Shown one piece after another: positions 30,414 to 40,349 of a stretch of 64,000 bases of DNA. The DNA is from an uncultured Bacilli bacterium (lineage in GTDB: Bacteria > Bacillota_I > Bacilli_A > RF39 > UBA660), in NCBI GenBank assembly GCA_944358525.1, contig CALVRI010000001.1, positions 10,652 to 74,651 on the forward strand, given 5' to 3'. Position 1 is the first letter of the stretch. The number at the start of each line of letters is the position of its first letter. The notes under the pieces are model-generated. The model did no database searches. It was not told where the DNA came from and saw nothing but the letters and a program-made list of their open reading frames with translations. The position numbers and the translations under genes were made by a program.

Positions 30414-32336
30414 TTACCATGAGCCTCCTCCTCCACCTCCAGAGCCACCGCCGGCAGAACCACCACCAGATGAAGATGAACTAGGAGATGATGTCATTGC
30501 TGAATTAGCCGAAGCCATGGCTGAATTCATAAATGTCCCAAAGGTAGCTACTGTAAATGGCCTAGATCCAACATACCAATTAGGGGCTTCTAAAGTTATT
30601 TCTTCGAATTTTTCAATCCATTTATCAGAAACTCCTAAAACATAGGTATATGGCAAAATATCATAAAAGTAATTAGGGTTTTCTAAAACCATTGCTTCTA
30701 ATTTATTTTTTTCTGCAGTTTCTAAATAATTTTTGAAACCTTTTATTTTTCCTAATATTTCTAGTCCATATTTTGTTCTTTGAGGTAAATATTTTAAACA
30801 TATAGCCATACCTATTATACAAATAATTCCAATTAAATATCCTACTAAATAAAATGTTTCTTGGACCATTATTGGTAAAACCATTGTAATCCACGGAATA
30901 CCGCCAAAGCCAAGTCCCCAAACAATACCAAATATTTTGACAGATATAGGAGTGTTTCCAAAAACCATTGAAAATAAAACCGAGAAGCCAATCCCTGGAA
31001 ATATCAATGCAAAAATAAGTATTTCACCATGACTATAAGTTAAAATAGGAATAGCTGTAATTAAAACATAAGAAATAAGCATCATTAGAATTAGAAAAAT
31101 TTTTTTATTAGTTGATTTTTTTTCAAATATTTTTTGTTTGTTTTCTTTACTATTTGTATTTTTTAGTATTTCATTTACAGTTATATAAAAGTTATTATAA
31201 AGTTCTGATAATGTAACTTCGTTTTCGCTAGATTTTTTTGATGAAAAAAATGATTTTTTAAACAATCCTTCTAAAAAAAGTCGTTCATTAACATTATTCC
31301 CATCGTATTCTTTTAGTTTTGTTATTTTAAAACTGTTAGTGGTTGAAAATAATGTCTTTTCTTTTATTTCTGATATTTGAATATAGCCTTTATCAGCTAA
31401 ATATATCAAAAGAGATGTAACATCAGTCTTGTTAGCATTTCCTTTATAAAGAAAACCTACTTCTAAACTATTAAATCCTTCTGGTGGATAAAACTCAACT
31501 GTTTCGACAACTTTTTTATCTCTTCCAAATAAATACCATAAAATAAAAGATAAGATTAAACTGATGACAGGAACTATATAAATTAGGTAATCAAAAACAT
31601 TAATGTTATTTTGTGCACCAACAAAATAACCCTCAGGTAATTCACACCTTATGGTCAATGCTTCGCCAGCATTCAAAATACCATTATACTTGCCAGTAAT
31701 TGTATTGTCACTAACAGTATAGTTAATTTTACTATTTTCTACTGAGCCTTTAGTACCATATGAAAAGCCAAGTTTATTAGCATCAAACTCTTTGGGCATT
31801 GTAATACTAAATGTAATATTACCGATTACAGTATCCCATTCATTGCCTATAATATTATAATAAAGTTCATCATAATCTTTTATCGGATCTTTTCCTATAT
31901 TATAAGTATATTTTATCACATAAGTCTTTTTACCAGTTATGGTTTTGTTCGCATCACCAATTTGAATATTATATGCTCCATCTATTTTAGATATTGTATA
32001 CTTATCATTAACTTTTAAATTCGATATTTGTGCACGATTAGTTGATGTAGTACCATCTAGCCTAACGATTTTGTTTTTTAATGGTATTTTTCTATATATT
32101 CCGTGTTTTGAAATGTTAAAATATGCTGTAATAGTCTCTGTAATATCGAATGTATTGTTTTCATTTAAAGTAATATCGATATTATATGCATCAATTACAT
32201 AATCATTAGAATTATAATAAGAATTTAAACTTGGAGTATTTAAATTATTATTTTGCTCTAATGCGTAGGTTTTAAAGGGCAAAGTTGTTACTAAAGACAA
32301 TATAAATAGTAAAACTATAGCTACTTTTTTTCTCAT
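30414..32336 (-). CDS. DUF2207 family membrane protein (signal peptide, extracellular domain, multi-TM region, Gly-rich C-terminal tail ...GGGSGGGGGGSW)
   Basis: Domain architecture and terminal poly-Gly-Ser-Trp tail typical of DUF2207; immediately downstream of a LemA gene, the usual partner. Confidence 0.65.
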   Translation of the reverse strand: MRKKVAIVLLFILSLVTTLPFKTYALEQNNNLNTPSLNSYYNSNDYVIDAYNIDITLNENNTFDITETITAYFNISKHGIYRKIPLKNKIVRLDGTTSTNRAQISNLKVNDKYTISKIDGAYNIQIGDANKTITGKKTYVIKYTYNIGKDPIKDYDELYYNIIGNEWDTVIGNITFSITMPKEFDANKLGFSYGTKGSVENSKINYTVSDNTITGKYNGILNAGEALTIRCELPEGYFVGAQNNINVFDYLIYIVPVISLILSFILWYLFGRDKKVVETVEFYPPEGFNSLEVGFLYKGNANKTDVTSLLIYLADKGYIQISEIKEKTLFSTTNSFKITKLKEYDGNNVNERLFLEGLFKKSFFSSKKSSENEVTLSELYNNFYITVNEILKNTNSKENKQKIFEKKSTNKKIFLILMMLISYVLITAIPILTYSHGEILIFALIFPGIGFSVLFSMVFGNTPISVKIFGIVWGLGFGGIPWITMVLPIMVQETFYLVGYLIGIICIIGMAICLKYLPQRTKYGLEILGKIKGFKNYLETAEKNKLEAMVLENPNYFYDILPYTYVLGVSDKWIEKFEEITLEAPNWYVGSRPFTVATFGTFMNSAMASANSAMTSSPSSSSSGGGSAGGGSGGGGGGSW

Positions 32337-32352
32337 GTTACCCCCTTACCTT

Positions 32353-32901
32353 TTAAAATGAAACTTTAACATTTTCACGTTCATTGCTATCAGTTTCAAA
32401 CATTGCTTTTGGTTTATATCCAAATAACTTAGCTAAAATATTACTTGGAAACATTTCAACTTTATTATTAAACATTTCAACTGCTCCATTATAATATTTT
32501 CTTGCGTTTGCGATATCTTCTTCTACTTTAGATAATTCTCTACTTAAATCTTGAAAATTAGCACTAGCTTTTAAATCAGGATAATTTTCAGCTACAAGCA
32601 TAATTTTATTAATATCTTTAGATATTGTTTGATTAGCTTTTACTTTTTCATCATCAGACATGCTGTCATAACTACTTCCTCTTAAATCTACAATTTCTTT
32701 TAAGGTATTTTCTTCATGTTTAACATATCCTTTGACTGTCTCAATAAGATTTGGAATTAAATCCCATCTCTTTTTTAAATAAACATCCATAGTTGAAAAA
32801 GCTTCCTGCACCATATTTTTTAATTTGATAAAGTTATTATAAGTAACAAGTACATAAATAACAATGATTACAATTATAGCGATTATAATATAAATCCACA
32901 T
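32353..32901 (-). CDS. lemA: LemA family protein
   Basis: N-terminal TM then YNxFIKLKNMVQEAFSTMDVYLKKRWDLIPNLIETVKGYVKHE, matching the LemA consensus. Confidence 0.8.
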   Translation of the reverse strand: MWIYIIIAIIVIIVIYVLVTYNNFIKLKNMVQEAFSTMDVYLKKRWDLIPNLIETVKGYVKHEENTLKEIVDLRGSSYDSMSDDEKVKANQTISKDINKIMLVAENYPDLKASANFQDLSRELSKVEEDIANARKYYNGAVEMFNNKVEMFPSNILAKLFGYKPKAMFETDSNERENVKVSF

Positions 32902-33054
32902 ATTTTTTCCTCCCTTTTTTATTGAAATATGATGTTTTTAACACTCCTATTTCCTATTTTTAATTATAACACATACTACTTTTAACACAAAGAAAATTTA
33001 AATCTAATTTTTATTTCTTTACAAAAATACACCAAGTTAGGCTTAATTATACTT

Positions 33055-33615
33055 TTAGTTTATTAATAAGTCTGTTAAAAATTCTAATGTGTCATTTCCA
33101 AAGTCTTTTATTTTAAACAAAGTATCTTTGAAAAAATTGTTTTTTGTATTTTGATTATTAATTTTCATTATGAAGCCATCTTTATTTTCAATTATTTCAA
33201 TATCGTTTGTATATCTTTGATATTTTTGCTTTAAACTTTCTATTTCTTTTTTATTACCATATATATATAAATATCCATTATTTAAATACACACTATTTGG
33301 CACAAAGGATCTTTGAAATTGCTTGATAATATCATAATTACAAATAATGTTATTCAATGATTTCTTTTTAAATTTTTTTCTTAATTTTTTTATATTTATT
33401 TTTTTACTACGTCCATGTTTCGTCATACTAAATTTTTTACCAGTTAAGCTTAAATTATTTAAAATATAGCAAGTATGAATATCATCATTGTTTTCTATAG
33501 CATCTAAAATGTTTGTGTCGGTAATTCCTACTCCTAATAATGAACCCTTAAGTTGACTTACAATTTCCAATATTTTATTATTCATTTTTTCCCTCCAACA
33601 ATTTGTTAATGACAA
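33055..33615 (-). CDS. hypothetical protein (186 aa), translationally coupled to tcdA-like gene
   Basis: 38-nt overlap with upstream ThiF-family gene; basic central region (KKINIKKLRKKFKKK); no motif recognised. Confidence 0.35.
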   Translation of the reverse strand: MSLTNCWREKMNNKILEIVSQLKGSLLGVGITDTNILDAIENNDDIHTCYILNNLSLTGKKFSMTKHGRSKKINIKKLRKKFKKKSLNNIICNYDIIKQFQRSFVPNSVYLNNGYLYIYGNKKEIESLKQKYQRYTNDIEIIENKDGFIMKINNQNTKNNFFKDTLFKIKDFGNDTLEFLTDLLIN

Positions 33616-34258
33616 AACTTGTAGCTAGTAATCCAGCTGTTGCTGGAACGAATGCATTTGATCCAACCTGCCCTTTTATAATCGGTTTTTCTTTTGAAAA
33701 GATGACGGGAACCTTTTTGTTTATTTTTTCTTCTTTAATCATTTTCCTGATTACTTTAGCAATAGGATCATATTCGGTTTTTCTTATATCTGTAATTTCT
33801 AATAATTCAGGGTGCATTTTATTACCAGTTCCCATCACAGAAATGAAAGGAATATTTTCTTTTATACATTTTTTTATGATGGCCTTTTTTGTTTCTATCG
33901 TATCAATTGCATCGATGACAAAATCTATTTTATTTTGAAAAACCTCACATATATTTTCTTTATCTAAAAATATCTTATACTTTTTTACATGACATTTTGG
34001 ATTTATTTGCATAGCTAATTTTTCTGAAATTTCTACTTTGGGTTTATTAATGGTATTTTTGTATGCTAGAACTTGTCTATTTAAATTTGTAATATCTATT
34101 TTATCGTTATCAACAACTATTATTTTTTCTATACCACTTCTAACCAATGCTTCAAAGGCATGTCCGCCTACTCCACCTAAGCCTATTACTAAAATAGTTT
34201 TATCTTTTAACTTATCTACATCAATCAATAATTTTAATCTATCAAACAACTTAACCAC
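33578..34258 (-). CDS. tcdA: ThiF/MoeB-family E1-like enzyme, tRNA threonylcarbamoyladenosine dehydratase (TcdA/CsdL)-like
   Basis: 226 aa Rossmann fold with GLGGVGG nucleotide loop and ...DNDKIDITNLNRQ motif; size and lack of C-terminal Cys cluster fit TcdA rather than ThiF/MoeB. Confidence 0.65.
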   Translation of the reverse strand: MVKLFDRLKLLIDVDKLKDKTILVIGLGGVGGHAFEALVRSGIEKIIVVDNDKIDITNLNRQVLAYKNTINKPKVEISEKLAMQINPKCHVKKYKIFLDKENICEVFQNKIDFVIDAIDTIETKKAIIKKCIKENIPFISVMGTGNKMHPELLEITDIRKTEYDPIAKVIRKMIKEEKINKKVPVIFSKEKPIIKGQVGSNAFVPATAGLLATSFVINKLLEGKNE

Positions 34259-34335
34259 CTTGATAAAATTATACTATATTTTTCTAAAAGAAAAAAGTTT
34301 TAAAAGAATTATTTTTAAAACTTTTATGTAGTCTT

Positions 34336-35343
34336 TTATTTGATATTATATCCGTTTTTTAAAACCTTGGCCTTGGCAAGTTTATCTATTTCATTACTTT
34401 TGGTGTGCTGAAAAGTGGATAAAACTTCGATCGCACTTTCTTCAATTGTTAAACATTTTAAATGACCAGAGACAGAATATGATAGTGACCATTCATTAGG
34501 GGTTAGTAATTCTTCTATTGGGGCAGCATAATTGATATCAACTTCATTTAAATCTAAATACTCATTTGTACAAAAATTATAAATACGACCATTAATACTA
34601 GAAATAAAATTAGCGGTGACTTCACTAGCATTCAATTTTAAATACCAATATTTATCTAATTCTTCGGTGGCAAGTGATTTAAATTCTTCGATCCATGTAT
34701 TTAAATCAGTATCTTGAGGTAAGTTTATTTTACCAGTTTCAATCATGCCTTTTAATAGTTCGGCAGATATTTCAATACCATCATAAGTTATTTCCATCAT
34801 ATGTATATTGTCTTGAAGACATTCTTGTAAATCAGTTCCTTTATTTACTTTTTCTAATATGGCTAAAAATATATTAGAACCATTTATGTTTCTTAAATTT
34901 TTTCTATTTAAAATTCTTAAATTTTTATTAAACTGTAGTATATAGCCATTTCTCAATATTTTTGCTTTGGCATTTTCTTCCTTTTTATCATGATACCACT
35001 CATAAAAATTTTCGACTAAATAACTTTTATAATCGTCAATTTCAATAGATACGACATCGTGATTTACGATGTGTACTAACCTCCAGATGGTGGCAGGCAT
35101 GATATCGGAAAAAGATCTAGCAAAAGTTATTTCTGCATTATCATCTATAAATTTATGGGTATTAAAATTATATATTTTGTGGTTGATGGCGGCGAGGCAG
35201 TTTAATGTAACCTCTTCATTTTCTTTTAAAAAAGCGAAAAAAAGATTGTCACCATTTAAATCTTCTAACTTTCTATAATCTAAACGATCAATATCTTCAT
35301 AAACCTCTTCGTATTCTCCTATGTTAAATAGTTCTTGTTTCAT
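34336..35343 (-). CDS. hypothetical protein with internal tandem duplication (335 aa)
   Basis: Two halves share INHKIYNFNTHKFIDDNAE / INGRIYNFCTNEYLDLNEV and KAKILRNGY / KAKVLKNGY; acidic; no signal peptide. Confidence 0.4.
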   Translation of the reverse strand: MKQELFNIGEYEEVYEDIDRLDYRKLEDLNGDNLFFAFLKENEEVTLNCLAAINHKIYNFNTHKFIDDNAEITFARSFSDIMPATIWRLVHIVNHDVVSIEIDDYKSYLVENFYEWYHDKKEENAKAKILRNGYILQFNKNLRILNRKNLRNINGSNIFLAILEKVNKGTDLQECLQDNIHMMEITYDGIEISAELLKGMIETGKINLPQDTDLNTWIEEFKSLATEELDKYWYLKLNASEVTANFISSINGRIYNFCTNEYLDLNEVDINYAAPIEELLTPNEWSLSYSVSGHLKCLTIEESAIEVLSTFQHTKSNEIDKLAKAKVLKNGYNIK

Positions 35344-35479
35344 AACACTTCTCCCTTGTTTGTTTTATATTACCACTTTTGAAAGAAAAAATCTAGAAAT
35401 TAATCTAGATTTATAAATGATATGTTTTTTTGTAAAATGAAAAAGTAAATTTCTATTATATAAAAAACAACCTAGAATT

Positions 35480-36787
35480 TTAGGCTGTATGTGTTTCATT
35501 ATATTTATTTATATAATTTTCTTCAAATGAAATTAAATCATTTGGGCTCATAAACAATAATACTGAGTTTTCATAATCTAATAATTTATCTATTTCTTGT
35601 TCTGTGATGTGTTCAGCATTTGGAATAGCTTTTATAATATCATTTATATCTATTTCGTGCTCATCCGTTTCTCTAGCAGCATATATATCCATGATATAAG
35701 CTTTATCGACAGTTTTTAATATTTCAATATATTCATCTTTAAAAGCTTTGGTTCTAGAATATGTGTGTGGTCCCCAAATAACCACTAATTTTTTGTCAGG
35801 ATATTTTTGTTTAGCTGATTTAATTGTACATTTAAGTTCTGTTGGATGATGAGCATAATCATCTATTACGACATTTGTTCCAACAATTGTTTCATTAAAT
35901 CTTCTTCTAGCTGCATGAAATTCTTTTAAGATTTTTGAAACTTCTTTGGAATCAAACCTTTCGTAATAACAAAGACTTATAACAGCTAAAGCATCTAAAA
36001 GCATGTGTTTTCCATAAAGTGGTAAATCAAAATGTCCATAGTAGTTATCTTCGACAAAAACATCAAAGGTTACACCGTTTTCGGTATATTCTACATCTTT
36101 GGCAATTATATCATTGTCATCATCTAAACCATAGTAAAATATTGGCTTATTTACTTCTAGACTATGGGTATATCTATCATCACCACAGGCAATAACCATC
36201 TTTTCAGCGTTGTTAGCATATTCGGTAAATGCATCAATTACATCATCGATATCTTTGAAATAATCAACATGATCTAATTCAATATTTGTTATTATGGCAT
36301 AGTAAGGTGAATACTCTAAGAAATGTCTTTTATATTCACAAGCTTCTAATACAAAATATTTGTTTTCTTTACTTGCAATACCAGTACCATCACCAATTAA
36401 GCAGTTCGCCCCTTTAATGGCATTTAAAACTTGATAAGCCATGGTGGAAGTTGTGGTTTTACCATGACATCCAGCAACTGTTATGGTCATGAACATTTTA
36501 GTTAATTTAGCTATCATTTCTTCATAAGTATAAATTTTTAAATCTAATTCGTTTGCTTTAAGTAATTCTGGGTGGTCATCTTTAATTACATTACCTCTAA
36601 TAATAACCATATCTTTGGCAATGTTTTTTTCATCATATGGTAATATTTCAATATTTCTTTCATTTAAACCTTTTTCGGTAAAGAAATGCCTTTCAATGTC
36701 ACTTCCCTTAACTTCGTAGCCTAAGTCATGTAAGAAACATGCGAGTGCACTCATACCAGTTCCTTTTATTCCAATAAAATAATACAT
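35480..36787 (-). CDS. murC: UDP-N-acetylmuramate--L-alanine ligase
   Basis: N-terminal FIGIKGTGMSALA, Mur ligase central GCHGKTTT P-loop and C-terminal domain. Confidence 0.9.
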   Translation of the reverse strand: MYYFIGIKGTGMSALACFLHDLGYEVKGSDIERHFFTEKGLNERNIEILPYDEKNIAKDMVIIRGNVIKDDHPELLKANELDLKIYTYEEMIAKLTKMFMTITVAGCHGKTTTSTMAYQVLNAIKGANCLIGDGTGIASKENKYFVLEACEYKRHFLEYSPYYAIITNIELDHVDYFKDIDDVIDAFTEYANNAEKMVIACGDDRYTHSLEVNKPIFYYGLDDDNDIIAKDVEYTENGVTFDVFVEDNYYGHFDLPLYGKHMLLDALAVISLCYYERFDSKEVSKILKEFHAARRRFNETIVGTNVVIDDYAHHPTELKCTIKSAKQKYPDKKLVVIWGPHTYSRTKAFKDEYIEILKTVDKAYIMDIYAARETDEHEIDINDIIKAIPNAEHITEQEIDKLLDYENSVLLFMSPNDLISFEENYINKYNETHTA

Positions 36788-36798
36788 AGATGTTCCTC

Positions 36799-37500
36799 CT
36801 AACTAATGAATTCAATCAAATATGGTCCTAATATTAGAACTAAGATTAATGGAACGATGAACAAAACAGAAATGATACTTACTTTATTTGGTATTTTATT
36901 TATTTGTTCTTTGGTAGTCATTAATTCTTTTTGTCTTAAGAAGTCTACTTCATTATATAATGTTTCTAAAATACTATTACCAAATCTATTTGTTTGAATT
37001 ATATTCAATATTATGTTACTGATTATATCTGATGATATATTTTCTCTTAAATCACTTAATGCTTCAATTAACGATTTACCAAATTTCATATCATATAGTG
37101 CCCCTTCAAATAATTGTGAAATTTCTGAATCAACATTATCACATGTAACAATTAAAGCATTTTCTAGATTTCTTCCTGATTCTAAGGTTAAAGTTAATAT
37201 TTCAAAGAAAAATAATGCCTGATGTTCTAATCTTCGGTTTCGAATGTTTATTTTTTTAGTGATATTTAAATAGTAAAATAAATAATAACATCCAATTGCA
37301 ACAAATGGTGCATATATATACCCTGAATCAGTGATTAAAATACATAATATAAATGCAAAAATAGTAGTTATTAATCTATATGTACAAAAGGTGGTAACGG
37401 TATATTTTGTGTCTGAACCTAGACATCTCAATTTATAATCAATTTCATCTAATTCTTTTGAATTATATATTCTTTTAATGAATTTGGTTAGACTCTGCAT
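36799..37500 (-). CDS. Tad-like pilus assembly membrane protein (TadC-like, T2SSF domain)
   Basis: Multi-TM with a cytoplasmic helical domain between TMs characteristic of GspF/TadB/TadC; 1-nt overlap with upstream TadB-like gene. Confidence 0.6.
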   Translation of the reverse strand: MQSLTKFIKRIYNSKELDEIDYKLRCLGSDTKYTVTTFCTYRLITTIFAFILCILITDSGYIYAPFVAIGCYYLFYYLNITKKINIRNRRLEHQALFFFEILTLTLESGRNLENALIVTCDNVDSEISQLFEGALYDMKFGKSLIEALSDLRENISSDIISNIILNIIQTNRFGNSILETLYNEVDFLRQKELMTTKEQINKIPNKVSIISVLFIVPLILVLILGPYLIEFIS

Positions 37501-38993
37501 TAAATCACCACCTTCATTATTTTACGAACTACTACCACAAAAATTATATAGTAAATTATCATAAATAGCAAGAGTATTCGCCCAATATCTGTTGTGATAA
37601 ACGGTAAAAAATATCCCGGATTTATTAAACTGATTACTAAAATGAAGAAAAATGGTATTGCTAGAAGAATATAAATAATGATTCGGCTACCACTAGTCAA
37701 GCTTTTTAATTCTAATCTAAGTTTACGTTTGTCAAATAAACTTCTTTCTATTGTCGAAAACACTTTAATGATGTCGCCACCGGTTTTGTTTAAAATGGTT
37801 AGTGATGCGGTTAAATAATTTGCTTCTTCTAATTCCACTCTTTTGGCGAATCTTTTGAAGACATCTTCAATGTCTAAACCATACTGTAATTCTAAATTCA
37901 TTCGTTTAAATTCATTGCCGATAACCCCATTTACTTCTGAGCCGACAATTTCAATTGCCTGAGTAATACTTCTACCAGATTTAAAGGAATTATTCATAAT
38001 AGTTATAGCAGCAACAAAATCATTTTCTATAGTCCATCTAAATACTTTGTATCTAGCAAATAAATAGATATCTAGTACGAAGAAACCTAAGATAAAGACT
38101 CCTAATGTTTCTAAACTACCTAATAATTTAAACTGAAATGCTTTTATAATAATAGCTAAAACAGTAAAAGCACAGGCAATGATTATTTTGCCAGAGAGTA
38201 TATCATAACCATTTTTATGAATACCACTAACTGATGTATATTTTTCTAGTTTTTTAGCATATTTAGTGGCAATAACTGATTTTTTTAATTTGCTGGTGAA
38301 TAAATTTAAGAAACTGCTATAAATTCTTCTTAACTTTTCTGATGTAGTTACTATATCATCTTTTAGTGGTTTAATTATATATGGATCTAGTCTCTCTTCT
38401 AGTTTAACTAATTTGTACATTTTTACTATTCTAATTATTAATAAGAATATAACTATAAAACAAATAAATTGAATAATATAAATTGTTATATTATGAGGGA
38501 CAACATTTATATTAGCACTTTCAGTAGCTATATTTCCAGCCTCATCCATAACACTACATGTATAAGTATAATTACCGGTCTTATTTAAGGTTAACTCATC
38601 TATATTGGCTATAATTTTGTCATTTAAAGTGCCACTATAATTATCGTTTGCTGTACATGTAATTAAATCTTTATTATTTGTTGGATTAATTTTAAGATTT
38701 TTATTTGATATGTTTATTTTAGGGGCTTCTTTATCTATAATGTATTCGCCACTATTTATAGTATCAGTTAATCCATTATTTAAATTAGCCTCAACAACTA
38801 TTTGATATTTTCCTGTTTCATTTAAAACTATATTAACGGCATTGCTGTTATAAATGTCCACTGTTTTTATAGGAACATTATCTTTATATATTTGATATGT
38901 ATAGGATGTGACATTATTAGATGGTGAAAAAACGATAGTAATATCTTTGTTTGTTGGTTTATCAATACTTTCTATATCGAAATTTCCATTCAT
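37500..38993 (-). CDS. TadB-like platform protein fused to a ~165-aa N-terminal Ig-like (DUF5011-like) domain
   Basis: C-terminal 330 aa has TadB/T2SSF architecture; N-terminal region lacks signal peptide, contains ANDNYSGTLNDKI (DUF5011-like DxxDGxIT motif) and is followed by a TM with positive-inside flank suggesting N-out topology. Confidence 0.6.
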   Translation of the reverse strand: MNGNFDIESIDKPTNKDITIVFSPSNNVTSYTYQIYKDNVPIKTVDIYNSNAVNIVLNETGKYQIVVEANLNNGLTDTINSGEYIIDKEAPKINISNKNLKINPTNNKDLITCTANDNYSGTLNDKIIANIDELTLNKTGNYTYTCSVMDEAGNIATESANINVVPHNITIYIIQFICFIVIFLLIIRIVKMYKLVKLEERLDPYIIKPLKDDIVTTSEKLRRIYSSFLNLFTSKLKKSVIATKYAKKLEKYTSVSGIHKNGYDILSGKIIIACAFTVLAIIIKAFQFKLLGSLETLGVFILGFFVLDIYLFARYKVFRWTIENDFVAAITIMNNSFKSGRSITQAIEIVGSEVNGVIGNEFKRMNLELQYGLDIEDVFKRFAKRVELEEANYLTASLTILNKTGGDIIKVFSTIERSLFDKRKLRLELKSLTSGSRIIIYILLAIPFFFILVISLINPGYFLPFITTDIGRILLLFMIIYYIIFVVVVRKIMKVVI

Positions 38994-39008
38994 CTTTTGT
39001 CACCTCCT

Positions 39009-40337
39009 TTACTCTCCAAAAATATCTTTTAAATCATCAATACCTTTAGCTTTAATAATGTTATATACTTTTGGAATATATTTGTGGAGTAAAAATTCTC
39101 CATCAACATCTCCGTTTGCTAAAACACCAGTTTGTCTGAATTTAAATATTTCTTTTTGGATAATTTCTCCGTTTTCAATACCAATTATTTCATTAATACT
39201 GCTTACCCTTCTTCTTCCATCGGATAATCTTTGAACTTGAACAACTATCTGAATAGCACTTTCAATATATTCTCTAATGGCCGTTACAGGTATTTCCACC
39301 CCATTCATTAAAACCATTGTCTCTAATCTATTTAAAGCATCGGCTGGACCATTTGCGTGCATAGTAGTCATACTTCCTTCGTGTCCAGTATTCATAGCTT
39401 GAAGCATATCGAATGCTTCTTTTCCTCTAACTTCTCCAACAATTATTCTATCAGGTCTCATTCTTAAGGAATTTATTACTAAATCTCTAATAGTAACTGC
39501 CCCTTCACCTTCATAGTTAGTGGTTCTAGTTTCTAAAGATATAACGTGTTCTTGCTTTAATTTTAATTCAGCTGCATCCTCTATAGTAATTATTCTGTCA
39601 TTTGGATTACAAAATGATGATAAGACATTTAGTAAAGTGGTTTTACCGGCACCGGTACCACCAACAACTAAAATATTTAGTTTTGCATGAACACATGCTT
39701 CTAGAAATCTTGCCATATAAGGTGTTAAGGTTCCTGTTCTAAGCAAGTCTTCAATGTTAGCTAGTTCGCTTTTAAACTTTCTAATAGTTACAACTGGACC
39801 ATTTAATGATAAAGGCGGTAAGATTGCATTTAATCTTGAACCATCATCTAGTCTAGCATCAACCATTGGGTGTGCAATATCAATTGTTTTACCGATTGGC
39901 TGAATTAATCTTTGAACAACTCTAACAATATGATCGTTATTGATAAAACTTATACTATCATCTTTGATTACTTTACCATCTAATTCAATGTAAATTTCAT
40001 TTGGAGAATTAACCATGATTTCAGTTATTTCTTTATCCCTTAAAAGTTCAGTTAATGGTCCATAACCATTTACTTCATTATCGATAAGGTTATAAATATA
40101 ACTTAATTCTTCATTGGTTAAGTCATATCCTTCGACTGATTTATCGATTTCATCTTTGACATAATCTTTCATGTTTTCTCTCGTTTTGTCTTTGTTATCG
40201 ATAAGATTTTGAATTATTTTATTTCTTAGTTCGTCTAATAAAACTTTATTGGGAAACTCATCATAGTCATCTATTTCTTGAGGAAGTTTTTGTTCTAAAG
40301 TGGTGGCGAACTCATCCATAAATTTTTTTGTTTCCAT
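39009..40337 (-). CDS. CpaF/TadA-family pilus assembly ATPase
   Basis: Walker A VGGTGAGKTT, Asp box, Walker B IITIEDAAEL, His box MNTGHEGSMTTMHA typical of the VirB11/CpaF clade. Confidence 0.85.
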   Translation of the reverse strand: METKKFMDEFATTLEQKLPQEIDDYDEFPNKVLLDELRNKIIQNLIDNKDKTRENMKDYVKDEIDKSVEGYDLTNEELSYIYNLIDNEVNGYGPLTELLRDKEITEIMVNSPNEIYIELDGKVIKDDSISFINNDHIVRVVQRLIQPIGKTIDIAHPMVDARLDDGSRLNAILPPLSLNGPVVTIRKFKSELANIEDLLRTGTLTPYMARFLEACVHAKLNILVVGGTGAGKTTLLNVLSSFCNPNDRIITIEDAAELKLKQEHVISLETRTTNYEGEGAVTIRDLVINSLRMRPDRIIVGEVRGKEAFDMLQAMNTGHEGSMTTMHANGPADALNRLETMVLMNGVEIPVTAIREYIESAIQIVVQVQRLSDGRRRVSSINEIIGIENGEIIQKEIFKFRQTGVLANGDVDGEFLLHKYIPKVYNIIKAKGIDDLKDIFGE

Positions 40338-40349
40338 GGTTTCCCTCCT

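Noticed and set aside
30295-30645. Plus-strand 116-aa ORF with a striking PPPPPPEPPPAEPPP tract
   Set aside because: It is the antisense reading of the GGN-rich codons encoding the Gly-rich C-terminal tail of the DUF2207 gene. There is no RBS and it lies entirely inside a well-supported minus-strand CDS.
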